64,000 nucleotides of DNA from Antedon mediterranea (taxonomy: Eukaryota > Animalia > Echinodermata): NCBI RefSeq assembly GCF_964355755.1, contig NC_092671.1, positions 4,898,001 to 4,962,000 on the forward strand. The letters run 5' to 3'. This document shows positions 28,801-40,564 of this stretch, piece after piece. The notes beneath the pieces are model-generated. The model was not told the origin of the DNA. It was given only the letters and a program-made list of their open reading frames with translations, and made no database searches. The number at the start of each line of letters is the position of its first letter. The first letter of the stretch is position 1. The translations under genes were made by a program, and so were the position numbers.

Positions 28801-31800
28801 AAATGCTGGGCAGGGGCAGCTTAAGGAAAATACATTGCTGTATGCATATAAATGTTTCATAAAAATTTGTCAATAAAATTAAATTCTAAATTAAATCCTA
28901 AATACTTTATGCAGAGCATCTTGTTGTTGAACGAATACCTTAATAGGTGTGTCCCAAAGAAAAGGTTGTAATTAAATATAGTAATACTATATTAATAATA
29001 TAGTAATACTATATTAATAATATAGTTTTGAGATCAGGCGTGTACACTGTATACGCTAAAACAAATGTGTATCTTATACCTGTCAAATAAGCTAATATTA
29101 CATAATAATAATCTAATAGAAATTTTACATTGTCATTTAACCGTACAGTTAATAAATATAAAATACATTGTAAGCCTAACATCGAGACATGAATGATATA
29201 TTGTGATAAATTGTTAATTGCCAGCTTCCACGTTATACTCTCTTTTAGCGTTCTTTCCCGCCGGTGTTCTAGTAATGTCGGTTAACTGATTTCCCCTGTG
29301 CCGAGGGCTATATTTGATTTCGGATATTCGTAATTAAACCATAATGATTATGTTTACATAGTGAATAATACGTTATTTTGAGAATGACATTTTAGATTAG
29401 TTGTTAATAACTGTGGTATGAACTGATCTGTAACCGTCTTTATTGATGCATCAGTGTTTCTGGTTTTTATAGGCCTTTTATACGGTTACTCTGTGAGTTT
29501 AGTCCAGGATTTTGAAATAGGGAGGGGGAAATGGTTAGCAAATTTGATCAATCTGGCCCGGGCATAAACATTGTAAAATGAAATTTAAAATGTTCATCCA
29601 TCTATCTCTGCATTGAATTTGTATAAGGTTAACGCAATAATTTGACTTATGAAATTATCTCACTTCGATAAAACCACCTTCTCGGGAGCACACTTAGAGA
29701 AACCCCTGGCCATACGCATATCTTTTAGATGGATTCAGTACTAGATAGATACCGCATGTTTTCGTTATAAGTTATGAGCCTTTTAAAAATCCCCCTTTTA
29801 ACCTTGACGAACAACTTAGTTGTGAACAAATGTTAACCTCATGCTCCCAAGTAACGTCATATGTACATTAACTATCTCAAAGATTAATGATCGGTTCCCA
29901 CTAGGACGCAAACCGAGGACGTTAACTCAACGCAAGCGAGTTGACCAATGACAAGTGACAGTTCCAATCTATCATGCTTGATTCCCACTAGAGACGCAAG
30001 ACAACGACGTAACGCAATGTAAGGGATTTGACCAATCACAAGCGATTGATTTATTCGACTGTCGCTTGTCATTGGTCAACTCGTTTGCGTTGCATCTACG
30101 TCCTTGTGGGAACCAAGCTTTACATGCGATTTGCGTTGCGCTTACGTTACGTCCTAGTGGGAACAAGATTAAGGAGTTAAGGTCTTTACACTATGACTCC
30201 TATGATTTGAACCTAGAACATAGTGCTTGAAGGTGCTTTAACATTTAATCATAATACACCTCATGCCCTAAATGTAATTGTTCAGTGTGCTATTAATAGT
30301 AGGAAAATGTTATTAGTGAGTTTATTGAAAACCGCAGGGACTGCAGAAGAGATGTTAATTAACTTCTGGTTATCTTTAGGGAACTACGTCGTCTGGTGAT
30401 CGAAATGGTCCTTGCAACCGACATGTCGTTTCATTTTCAACAAATCAAACAAATTAAAAGTTGGATTGGAGTTTCTGGCGAATGGTGAGTTGAATGTGTT
30501 AATATTCAAGGGCATACAAAGCCGTAACTGTTTACCGAGAAACGACTTGCATTATTTTTTATGTTATTCGCACATAGAGTTAGTGTAAACTACCGTAATG
30601 GAAGCCAACAGCGCGATAAATTTATCCTGATCATCATGGTTGATGTTCTGTCTGGACGTAAGATTAATTATAATCAAATTCATTTAGCGTCGAGAGCGGC
30701 TCTATAGCTTATATCTTCTAAAGTTGACTTGATGATCGCACTGTGATGAGCGTAAATGCCCATTTACCCAGACTAGATGAAACCCGCGTAGTTTGTCCCA
30801 CGTAGAATCTGTATCTATCCTGAGCAAAACCCGCCCGTGCGCTCCGAGTTGTGTGTAAATGATCATAAGGAATAACATAGGTTCTATATTTGTATTACCG
30901 TTGCAGCTCGTCTGTGTAAATTGGCCTTTATGCGTGATTGATTTAGAAATAGTTACGGAATGCATCGGTATAAATACATTGCACGCAACATTCATTGCTT
31001 GTTGTACATAAAACATATTGTTTTGTATTTCGTTCGTGTTTCGACATAATAACCTACATTGATACATTTAATAGAACATTACAACTTTGAAATGCAGACT
31101 CATATTGTTAAAAAAACGTAACCAAATATAATTGGTCGTATACATGTTACATGTTGCACGTATCATTTGTTATGTATAATGAAAGTAATATTTTTTGTTA
31201 CAGTGTCGATAAAGCGAAGGCATTATCACTGATACTTCATTGCTCAGATATTAGCCATCCGGCAAAACACTGGGATTTACATTATAAATGGACCCGGTTA
31301 CTCATGCAGGAGTTCTTTTTACAGGTTCGTATCATTATGCTTTCATAGCGCATCAAACGAAAAAAAGAAGTCGACGCGCGCGTACAAAACTACACGCGCG
31401 TACTATTTTCATCATCATATCAACGCGTGTGTAAATTGCCTCTTCGTTGTATCACGGACGAAGAAACATCCATGACAAAGCTCGGTTCCCACTAGGACTG
31501 AAGTAATTTGACCAATCCCAAACTGTCGCTTGTGATTGGTCAACTCATTTACGTACGCACTTGCGTTACGTCCAAGTGAGAACTTATCTTAAAGTTCTAC
31601 TGATTGATCTTTGTACGAGGATACAACGACTGAAAAACTCGTTTTGTTTGTCTTTTGTGGGTTCATCCCACTTTGATATAATAAAACATTAATCGAAATT
31701 ATACATAACAATTAAAAGATTGATATAGGCCTACAGATATGATTGATATTTAGATTGAGTTTTTTTTTAATAATAACAATGATAGAAGTATATCACTTCA

Positions 31801-34800
31801 GGTAGAACGATGATTCAGTAAAGATGGTTCCTTGATAGAGGTGGTTCACTAGTGCGATTTTAAACAATAATGTTTTATTTTTCACATTCGCAACATCTGT
31901 GACTTTTTTCCTAAAATGTTGTGTATCCTTGGTTTTAGAGCGAATGAACCAATCACATTAATGCGTGTCGTAATACAGACCGTAATTCTAAATTACCTTG
32001 ATTTACACCACATTCTGGAGTTCTTTCTTCCCTTAGTGGGCACATTAAACTAATGGGTATATTTATCATGCATTTACATTTAGTATAAACATTACTTAAT
32101 GCATTGTTTAATTATGATTGATTGCCCATCTCAAAGTGCACGAACATAAGGTTCTGATGAGCAATTCCTTACATTTACAATAAGTACTGTAATAGTCTCA
32201 TAATTATAGCTGTTTTGAGTAGTAAAAGCTTAGTAGTATATTATGAATGTAAACATTAATTCAGAATACAGTAGAACCCCTATTAAGGGGACAATTTTGT
32301 TGCCCGTGTCCCCTGAATTGGACGTAGTGTGAAACCTATATTGTTCCTCGTTCGTTTCACGTGAAATTGTCCCCTTAATATGGATGGGTGTTACAAAGGA
32401 GAGGTCAATATGCAATACCGAGGTAATCTAAAAATAAAACACTGAGCTCGCCTTGCAGAGATAGGAACTCGTAACAGTACTTTGATATTATGTGTGGCTG
32501 CGACAAATGTCAACAGTACTCTGTACACTATATATAATTATTTTCCACGGCGTGTTGTCTGTTAAAGAGCGTGGAACTGATCATGTCGCAGCCACAGATA
32601 AACCCTTTGAATCCGGAGCTCAGCATCCTGTTGGTATATTGCCTTGGTAATACTAAGACATCCATGTGCCAAATGAATGTAATCACTTCAAGAGGTCCGC
32701 TTAGGAGAATACCATGCATTTATTAGGTACTTTAGGAAACAAACGGATCTCGATTGGCCGTTATAGAAGGTATAATAAAAAACCCACATTCATTCCATCC
32801 ATATATAAGAAATAAATTTCTATTCAAAATCAATTGAAATTGACGTTTTGTTTTCAACCACAATACTTTAGGGTGACCGAGAAATGGAGCTCGGACTGCC
32901 ATGTTCACCATTATGCGATAGAAGAAGTACTTTCATTGCCGAGTCTCAAATAGGTAAGACGGTAATATAAACGAATATGTTGAAATTTGATTTACGCGTG
33001 TGTTAAATAAGACTTGTAGCGTACTATTTCTTTCTATGGTTTATCGATTACTACTTGAAAACAATAAGTAGCTTCGTCTCGTTGCTTTAATTAAGTGTAT
33101 TCTCACCGTACTACACTGTATATTATCTTATCCTGAGATAGTAAATCACAATGACTGGTTTAAAAACAACATGTTAGCTCCGGGTTTAGAATTTATATTA
33201 TTTATAGAACATTGATAATAATCCCACTTATTTTCTGACAGTGGTGGTTAAACAAAACGAGTTAGTGAATTAAGCCCCATTAAAAAAATTGTTTAATATA
33301 GTGTTACAATTTATCATTAATTTTATTTAATTTTAGTGACATTTTTCTTAAAGAAAATATATATAAATCAAAATAATAAATTCATTTTATGTAGGAAGAT
33401 ACTACTTTTTATTACAAATAGTTGACGAATATGAAAATGTTTGAAAATCAGTACAATTCATATATTATAACATTACGAAAAAGTACTTTAGCATCGCTTT
33501 GTACTTCATTTCATGGCAATCGTTTTGCTTAGGAACCCAACAATAAACAATTTAAACCCGGAGCTACCCTTTAAGATTATAATCTAACTTATGTAACGTT
33601 AATACGATTAATGTAAAAGTATATTATCTTCATCAATGGAATATACACGCACAGGTTTCTTTAAAAACGCAGTAAAGCCGAAATAATATCATTTATTACA
33701 ATAATTACTTTATAGAGGTGAGTTTAATGAACGTAATATGATGAATGTTAGTTTTAGCATAAATTGATTGATTGAACATGTTCAGAATACGAGTGTCAGA
33801 AATACACATATTTGAATATATTTCGTCGCTTTGAATTCATATGTGCATCGTTTATGTAATCATGATTTACACAAAGATACAATAAGAAAAACTTCAGACG
33901 TACGACGACCTATGACATATACGGTAAATGACTTATGTTAATTGCACACGTCATTTGTCCAAGTAATGCCTGTAAAAATGTATTGTATTGTTTGTTTCTC
34001 AACGACCCCACTCTACTCCAAAAAGTGCGCATGTCTGTAATAATAAAAATCCGTCACCTGGAACCGAATTTAGTCTGACGTCATAAGTTCTAGATTAAGT
34101 CGAACGCTTTCTATTCTCTTGTTAAACACCATTAACGTTGTATGACTTCTAACTAAATGCGGAGAAAATAGCAATGTATTCAGTTATTATCACATTTTTA
34201 TTTTCGTCTATAAAATTTGTTGTCTAGACACATGTCTTTTATTTTTCAAAGGAAATGTATGTCACATTGTTGATAAGTCTAGACATCATCTTAAAATCAA
34301 TACCAAGCATTATGTTCACTAAGAGCTAAGATGTTTTTCAGTTCCTATCTCCAAGGCCAGTTCCCATGTTCTCCATTCAAACTAAGCTAAGGGAAACACA
34401 TCATTAACATTTAAACTTTCTCCTATCTTCTAAGCAAATATCACTAAAGGGAACCGCTTACATACTTATTGGTTTAAGTGAAATACTTAGTTATATATTT
34501 CCCTTAAATTAGATATTTCTCAAATACTAAGAGTGTGTGATTGGTGAATAATCGGCCACTGATATCATCATAATTGTTCAATACCGATTTTATTTTTAAA
34601 CTTATTTTGGGTAGGCCTAATGGATTTTTAAAGGCATAACACAACAGTTAAACATGATGGTTATTACTAAAATACCATCATCAAGACATTCCACCACCCG
34701 TTCCCTCCTTCATGCTGCAATTTCAGAATATGTCTGATCTAAAATTATATTGCTTTTTTGTTGCAGGGTTTATTGACTTTATCGTTGAGCCAACCATGCT

Positions 34801-36583
34801 ACTTTTAGGTGATTTAATTGATAAAATCCTCAAAGAAGTGACAGACATTGAGCAGGAATCTACCAACTGTGAACAGAACACAACAATTAGTAAAAGGAAC
34901 TCGCTACCAGCCACATCCACAATACGAGAGGGATCCACGCTACAAACAGGCTGTCAATCCGTAAGCAGATCAGGATTTATTAGATTTAAGCTTACTTCCC
35001 GTTTGGACGCAAGGCAACGACGTCGGCGCAACACAAGTGAGTTGACCAATCATAAGCGACAGTTCGGATCCACGCGTCGTGATTGGTCAAATTACTTGCG
35101 GTACACTTACGTCCTTCCGTTGATAGGAAATAAAGATCTCTTAGACGTATATTGAATCCATGGGTGATATATAGTTAGTCACGTGTTTTATCACTTGTTT
35201 AAAATTGGCGCTCAGTAAATATTTGATAATTTTTTTTTGCAGGGTCGGTCTAGCGTCGGTCGTCCATCAATGATGCGACAGACAACCATTCCAAACAAAG
35301 CGCCAAGAGTATGGCTAACACCACTGAAGCAAAACAGTAAACTTTGGAAAGAAAGAGCTGCTCAAGGCAAGCATAACTTAATCTATTTCAATCATCTCCT
35401 CCTCTTTTCGTTTAAATTTTCTTTCCATTTACTACTTTGTCCAATTCCTTCTCCTCCATTTCTTCTTGGAATTTTCTGTACTGTTACTTCTTTTCTTCTG
35501 TTTTTATTTACCTATTTTGTCTTCTTGCACTACTTCTTTCATGTAAATTGTTACCTTCCTGTTTCCTTTTCCTTTTCTACCTGTTTCATGTTCTATCTCA
35601 TCATTTCTTTAATTTGGTTCTTTTCCTTTTTATTTTCCATGATTCATTTACATTTTGTGTTTTTTATACAAAAGATGCAATAGAGAGAAGCAAAGGCGCG
35701 ACAGACGTGGAGTTACATCTGAGTGACATAGAAGACCCAACCAAAAAATATGTTGTCAATGATCATCGTCCGAGCATTGATAGCATGAGCCAGGCTATAA
35801 ATATGGCCTTACTACCTGGATTTAGCCAGGAAGAACACAAAATCAGAATCATGCGAACGGAAAAACGGCGGGAGCAACGAACAACATCATTATCGTCATC
35901 GGCGTCAGAAGATCGCACGTCGACACCAGACGCTGATTTGGCAGCTCGTACTACTGGGTCTGATACGGTCAAAGGTACGAGTTAGACGCCCCTTCCCCTT
36001 CCCTTCCTCATTTTTATGATCATCTACACACATACACACACGTTACAACGTAAATGCGTACTACTGGGTCTGATACGGTACGAGTTAGACTCCCCCTTTC
36101 CCCTTCCTCGTTTTTACACACATACATTTAACATCGTTAATTACATTCATACCTTCATTAAAAACTTATCAGGGAAAAAAAACACCCACAAAAATTCAAA
36201 TTATATGACACAAACGAAACATAATAATACAATTTAACCCTAGGACCTACTCAAGAAAAACATTAATTTAGATGCCTTGTAACTTGATACTTATTTTAAT
36301 TATTGGGAAAACTGATTATAATACTGCAGATGGACGCCATGGCAACGGTGGAACTACCAAAACTTCCAATGAGCATGCGCCAAGAACTGAAGATCTTATT
36401 GTAAATATATGCTCGACAAATTCACCCGATAAACAGAACACAGGCGTAGAAAGAGAAAAGTCGACGGTTTGTCCAACACATCAAACGATCAAAATATCCA
36501 GAATGATTGTAAGTCCTAAGAAGAGACCAGTCAGCAATATACAGGAATCATCTACGAACAATTGTGGAACAGAGGATAAATAA
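16596..36583 (+). CDS. PDE1: Calcium/calmodulin-dependent 3',5'-cyclic nucleotide phosphodiesterase 1 (spliced gene span, 14 exons; 5' end may extend upstream)
   Basis: Exons 16596-16845, 19971-20162, 20823-20889, 23266-23382, 25924-26064, 26880-26980, 28281-28406, 30380-30484, 31204-31324, 32872-32953, 34767-34960, 35243-35366, 35675-35974 and 36330-36583 join in frame with matching phases. PDE1 N-terminal motifs: VRDWLTSTF, EKPRFKSIVQALRTGMFLDRMFRR. Class I PDE catalytic motifs: NPYHNHVHAADV, IHDYEHTG, LYNDRAVLENHH, VLATDMS, LHCSDISHP, EFFLQGDRE, ESQIGFIDFIVEP. Confidence 0.95.
18280..18620. repeat. (GAT/AAT)n low-complexity tract
   Basis: Degenerate gatgataat repeats. Confidence 0.7.
19971..20162 (+). 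CDS. PDE1: PDE1 exon: PDEase_I_N / second CaM-binding region
   Basis: EIPDQVRDWLTSTF...DEKPRFKSIVQALRTGMFLDR; AG/GT boundaries. Confidence 0.93.
20823..20889 (+). CDS. PDE1: PDE1 exon
   Basis: RMFRRASGLAGVSYAPSLSIRFK; cacAG / AAG|GTAAAC. Confidence 0.88.
22990..23222. repeat. Degenerate minisatellite (~40 bp, TTATCAGCATTTGAACGCGCG)
   Basis: About 6 copies; related arrays at ~7710-8050, ~9250-9380 and ~17810-17930. Confidence 0.75.
23266..23382 (+). CDS. PDE1: PDE1 exon: start of catalytic domain
   Basis: TVDDWNFDVFALN...YDLINKFK; ttcAG / AAG|GTAAGA. Confidence 0.95.
25924..26064 (+). CDS. PDE1: PDE1 exon
   Basis: GYQRYRNPYHNHVHAADVLQT. Confidence 0.96.
26880..26980 (+). CDS. PDE1: PDE1 exon (HD metal-binding motif)
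   Basis: HWLSDLEILSALLAALIHDYEHTGTSNAFH (hand-translated; not in ORF track). Confidence 0.95.
27849..28015. mobile_element. MITE family B (AGC(G/T)TGGTTCCCACTAG..., CCAAT-containing)
   Basis: Palindromic, ~170 bp; copies near 2262-2412, 29890-30165, 31478-31590, 34988-35130, 40393-40564 and 41923-42092. Confidence 0.8.
28281..28406 (+). CDS. PDE1: PDE1 exon
   Basis: VALLYNDRAVLENHHISSTFRIL...NLSREDFR. Confidence 0.95.
30380..30484 (+). CDS. PDE1: PDE1 exon
   Basis: ELRRLVIEMVLATDMSFHFQQIK; donor GTGAGT. Confidence 0.95.
31204..31324 (+). CDS. PDE1: PDE1 exon
   Basis: VDKAKALSLILHCSDISHPAKHWDLHYKWTRLLMQEFFLQ. Confidence 0.96.
32872..32953 (+). CDS. PDE1: PDE1 exon
   Basis: GDREMELGLPCSPLCDRRSTFIAESQIG; donor GTAAGA. 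Confidence 0.95.
33174..33570. mobile_element. Kolobok-like non-autonomous remnant
   Basis: Inverted TAGCTCCGGGTTTA ends; right end CCCTTTAA. Confidence 0.45.
34767..34960 (+). CDS. PDE1: PDE1 exon: end of catalytic domain
   Basis: GFIDFIVEPTMLLLGD; donor GTAAGC. Confidence 0.92.
35243..35366 (+). CDS. PDE1: PDE1 exon ending at a GC donor
   Basis: VWLTPLKQNSKLWKERAAQ matches the PDE1 post-catalytic helix; donor AAG|GCAAGC. Confidence 0.8.
35675..35974 (+). CDS. PDE1: PDE1 C-terminal exon
   Basis: DAIERSKGATDVEL...SDTVK, phase 1/1; an alternative in-frame acceptor at 35684 is possible. Confidence 0.75.
36330..36583 (+). CDS. PDE1: PDE1 last coding exon
   Basis: ctgcAG acceptor, phase 1, open to TAA at 36581-36583. 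Confidence 0.7.
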
Positions 36584-37137
36584 TTAATTAATATTTGTTT
36601 AATGTCTATAAACTAACCAACAGAACTAAGAGTAGACCAATATGATTGAATCCAATATTCCAATATTGACAGTTACTGTTTGACTAAAAATAGATTTTGT
36701 TTTTGTAAGTAATGCAGTTCTGAAACCATATCATTTTGACCAAGAAAAGATAATGTTATAGTGTTATAGTTTGATTAATAAAGAATCCCCATGGAATAGA
36801 TCACACGGTACATTTACTGAGCTATCTTTAACCATAAAAAAAAACCTGACGCGTTACACTGCGGAAAATATTCATCGACAAAATGTATAATACGTTGGCT
36901 ATTTGGTCAGTGGATGAGACTGAGTATCGCATTGACGCTATATTATTGATTTCCAAATGAACGTAAATAGTTCTAACAAGCAAGTGGCAATAATAAGGTC
37001 ATTGACATTGTAATGTTGTCGACTATAATTTGATTTGTTAGTAAAAATGTAAATCTTATTCGAGGTTCATGCTAAGGTAAAACGCGAAAAAAAAAATAAG
37101 TAGAACAGGTCATATTTAATATTATACATCCAATGCA

Positions 37138-37277
37138 CAGTAGAACCTCTATTAAAGGGACACCTTCAGAATCATCCACTGAATAAGGGGTTAGCCATAG
37201 TATAAACACCTATATTGCCTATAGTGTTTTCTTGAACACAGTAGGCATAGGGGTGTTCCAAAGGAGGGGTTCTACTT
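37138..37277. mobile_element. Tc1/pogo-like MITE remnant
   Basis: CAGTAGAACCTCTATTAA...GGTTCTACT; related ends near 32269 and 13525. Confidence 0.5.
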
Positions 37278-40200
37278 TATAGAACTAATAACTAGAAATA
37301 ATAATAATGTATTTATTTTAAAGTTTAATTCAGTGATTTTTATTATCTTGCCAGAATTAATTGATACCGACGCGAGCGTGGTACATTTTTTTTGTCATTC
37401 TACATCTCATAGTAAGCGCCTCGTACTCTTGCGTATTGACATGATTTGGATGTACATAATGCGCCCCGTACTCACGTTGACTTAAATTTACTTTTTTTGG
37501 TTTATATTATAACTAAAACTATGGAATTATTCTTTTCTAACTGACTACTATTATTATTACTACTAATATGGATACTCTGTTGAATAATACGTGTTTTATA
37601 TAGACAAAATAGGCGAATATAATTGTACTATTTTTGCATTTTTAAATATTTTAAGGTTTCTTTAAATTGTCTTCCTTTTGTGTACGTATAATAGGTAGTA
37701 TGGTACAGAGTTAAATTAGTATAGATTACAATTAGCCTAGTTTATGCATAGATCCAAGACTTGAGGGAATAAATAATAAATGTATTAATTTCTTTATAAT
37801 CCGAGCAGACAATAAAACAGTATAATTGTAGATGCAGCAGTATTGTGAAATCTACGAAGAGACTCAATTATATCCAACATTTAATGTGAAAAATATTACG
37901 AAGAAAAAAAACCCATGATTTCTTGATTGAAACAATAAAGTGCACTGTTATCTACTTCAATCTAGCACGCGCTGTTTGAAAGCCTTTGGGGTATTTTAAA
38001 ATTATAACCGAGCATTATATTATTATTTACAGACTTTGTGTCTTCGATCATTATGGTTAGAATAAATATTATTTTGTATTTACATACAATTGTTAAAAGA
38101 TAGAAACATTAATATGTCACTGCTGTTTCAAAGTGTTACATTACAGAGGCTGTTTGTGTAAAATAAATAAATATTTTTGTTTAATTCTACTAGGGTATGT
38201 ATAACACATACGATATTATTTACTTGCAGTACAAGTGTCCCTTTTAAATTATTGATAATTTTCATAAAGTTGATTGTCAAAATAACGTAATAATTCGGTA
38301 ATACTTTTTTGGTTGTATTTCAATGCAATGACTTATGTTTTAAAGATAAATATATCATTAGGTTTGTACCGGGTTAATTTAGTCCATACTCCTAGTGTAT
38401 CTATAAGCAAATGATTTGTAGAGTTCATATGCAAATTCCTAATAACAGAGTAACATAATTCCTAAAATACAGCTGCCGTAACATGTGAAAAAATATAAAG
38501 CTGTATCTCGGAATTGTCCAATACAATAATATAATTAACACATTAAAATACATAATGTAGTTATTGTATATACATAAATATTAATAATCTTAAAGATAAT
38601 CATTTATTTATTTACATATATTTCAATACAAATTAAGCAGATATTCGCACTGTATCTTATATTTGTGTCTGACAGACACATAGGCCTACACAATCTATAA
38701 TCAGGCAATAATGCCCACTTCTACAATGTCTGACCACACGTTATTCCTGTAGTAGTTTTTACTTAGCCTACTTAAAATCAGGACTAATGTCTACGGAAGA
38801 TTCAACCAATCAGAGTGCAGCAAATATCTGTAGTTGCAGGCGATTCGAAAGAGTGTGGCGGTTCGGATACTTAGACATGGTTAACCCAGGCTTTGATAAT
38901 TTAATTGATTATTTGAATAAAATCATTGTTTATATTATGTGAAGTGACCAGAAAACAAGTAACTAAAGGCTAAATTTAATACCTAGACAGCCAATTATTG
39001 CAAGCTGGGAGGAAAAGGTATGTAAAACTAGGTCCAAGTCCAGGGCCTAGGTCCTCGGCTAGGCAAAATGATTCGAGGCTTAGCTAAATCGATGAAGGGG
39101 AATTGGAGGCCATGGACCTTCCGGGACAGTGTATCTGGTGGTAGTGTAAAATGATTGGCCTAAGTTTCCTGATCAATGTTCGTGTTGGCCTATGTTGTCT
39201 CTAAGTATAATTTATAATGTTTCAATACGTGACATTTAAACCACGGTATTTAAAAATGTAAAAAATATTATTTATTAATATTAATAATGATATTTTTATT
39301 TATTTTGATCCACCCTCATTACAGAATGGTGTCTTGCGTCATGCTAATACTAATCTATTCATATGTTTCTTAATAATAAGATTGTGAAAGATATAAATAT
39401 TATTACAAAAATAAAGTATGTATAGGCCTAGGCTAGGCTTATGGTGGTGATACCGATACGTTTAAAAATATGTTTATATTTGATAAAAATACCAAATTAA
39501 AATTGAAACTAAGTTTACTATTGACATTTTAAGAGAAAAGCATTTATACTAAAATAACTCATTGGAAAATAATTTAAAATGATTGAAACTTTTAATGTAA
39601 ATCTCAATTATCTATAGGCCTACTGCATCCACGTATAACATATGTCCAGTATCATAGACATATGCTGTAATACAATGTCATCACATGTAAAACCTGTATT
39701 ATATTATGGTCAGGGCTGGGTTAGTCCTATGTCCTGTGATACAGGCGTCAAACTTTATCACATGATTTGCCTATATTTTATGTACAAATTGAAGACAGTA
39801 CCGAGAATCGGTTAAACCAAGTTCGACTCTATTAAAATTTGAAGTTTGACGTGTCAAAATATATAATGCATTATTTTGTTTTGTTATCCAAATATATTTG
39901 GGGTTGAAAGTATTAATATGGACTTGTACAGTATTATTATTTATTTAGATACAAAAGGTTTCATTATAAACGGGAAATATGGAGGATGTAACGACGATAA
40001 AATGTTTTGAAAATAAAGAAAATCTCATAACAATTGTTGCATATTTTATTTCGTGTAAGTACTGTACTAACAACTTGTAGTACTACATTCTCTCTTTATT
40101 AGTAGGCCTACAGTATCACAATATCAGTTGACCAATGAAAAGTTACAGTTGGGATAATCCATCGGTTGTGATTGGTCAAATTACTTGCGTTGCGCTCACA

Positions 40201-40392
40201 CGTTCTTGCGTTGTGTCGTCCTCCTGGGGAAAACCAAGTCATCGTAAATCCGCAAATAGTTTGAGATGCAGTGAATTAGCTTGGAGCCTACATCGGACCA
40301 GATTCTAGATTCAATTCCGATCCAGCACTATGTCATATACATATTTCGATAGGCCTACTTTACGAAATGATCATTGCGTACGTACTAACTAA

Positions 40393-40564
40393 AGCGTGGT
40401 TCTCACTAGCGACGCAACGCAAGGACGTAACGCAACGCAAGTGAATTGACCAATCACAAGCGATGGCTTATTCGCTTGTGATTGCTAACTGTCTATAACT
40501 TCGCTTGTCATTAAAACGCTTGCGTTGCGTTTACGTCCTGTTACGTTCTAGTGGGAACCAAGCT
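40393..40564. mobile_element. MITE family B copy
   Basis: AGCGTGGTTCTCACTAG...CTAGTGGGAACCAAGCT, near-identical to 27849-28015. Confidence 0.8.
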
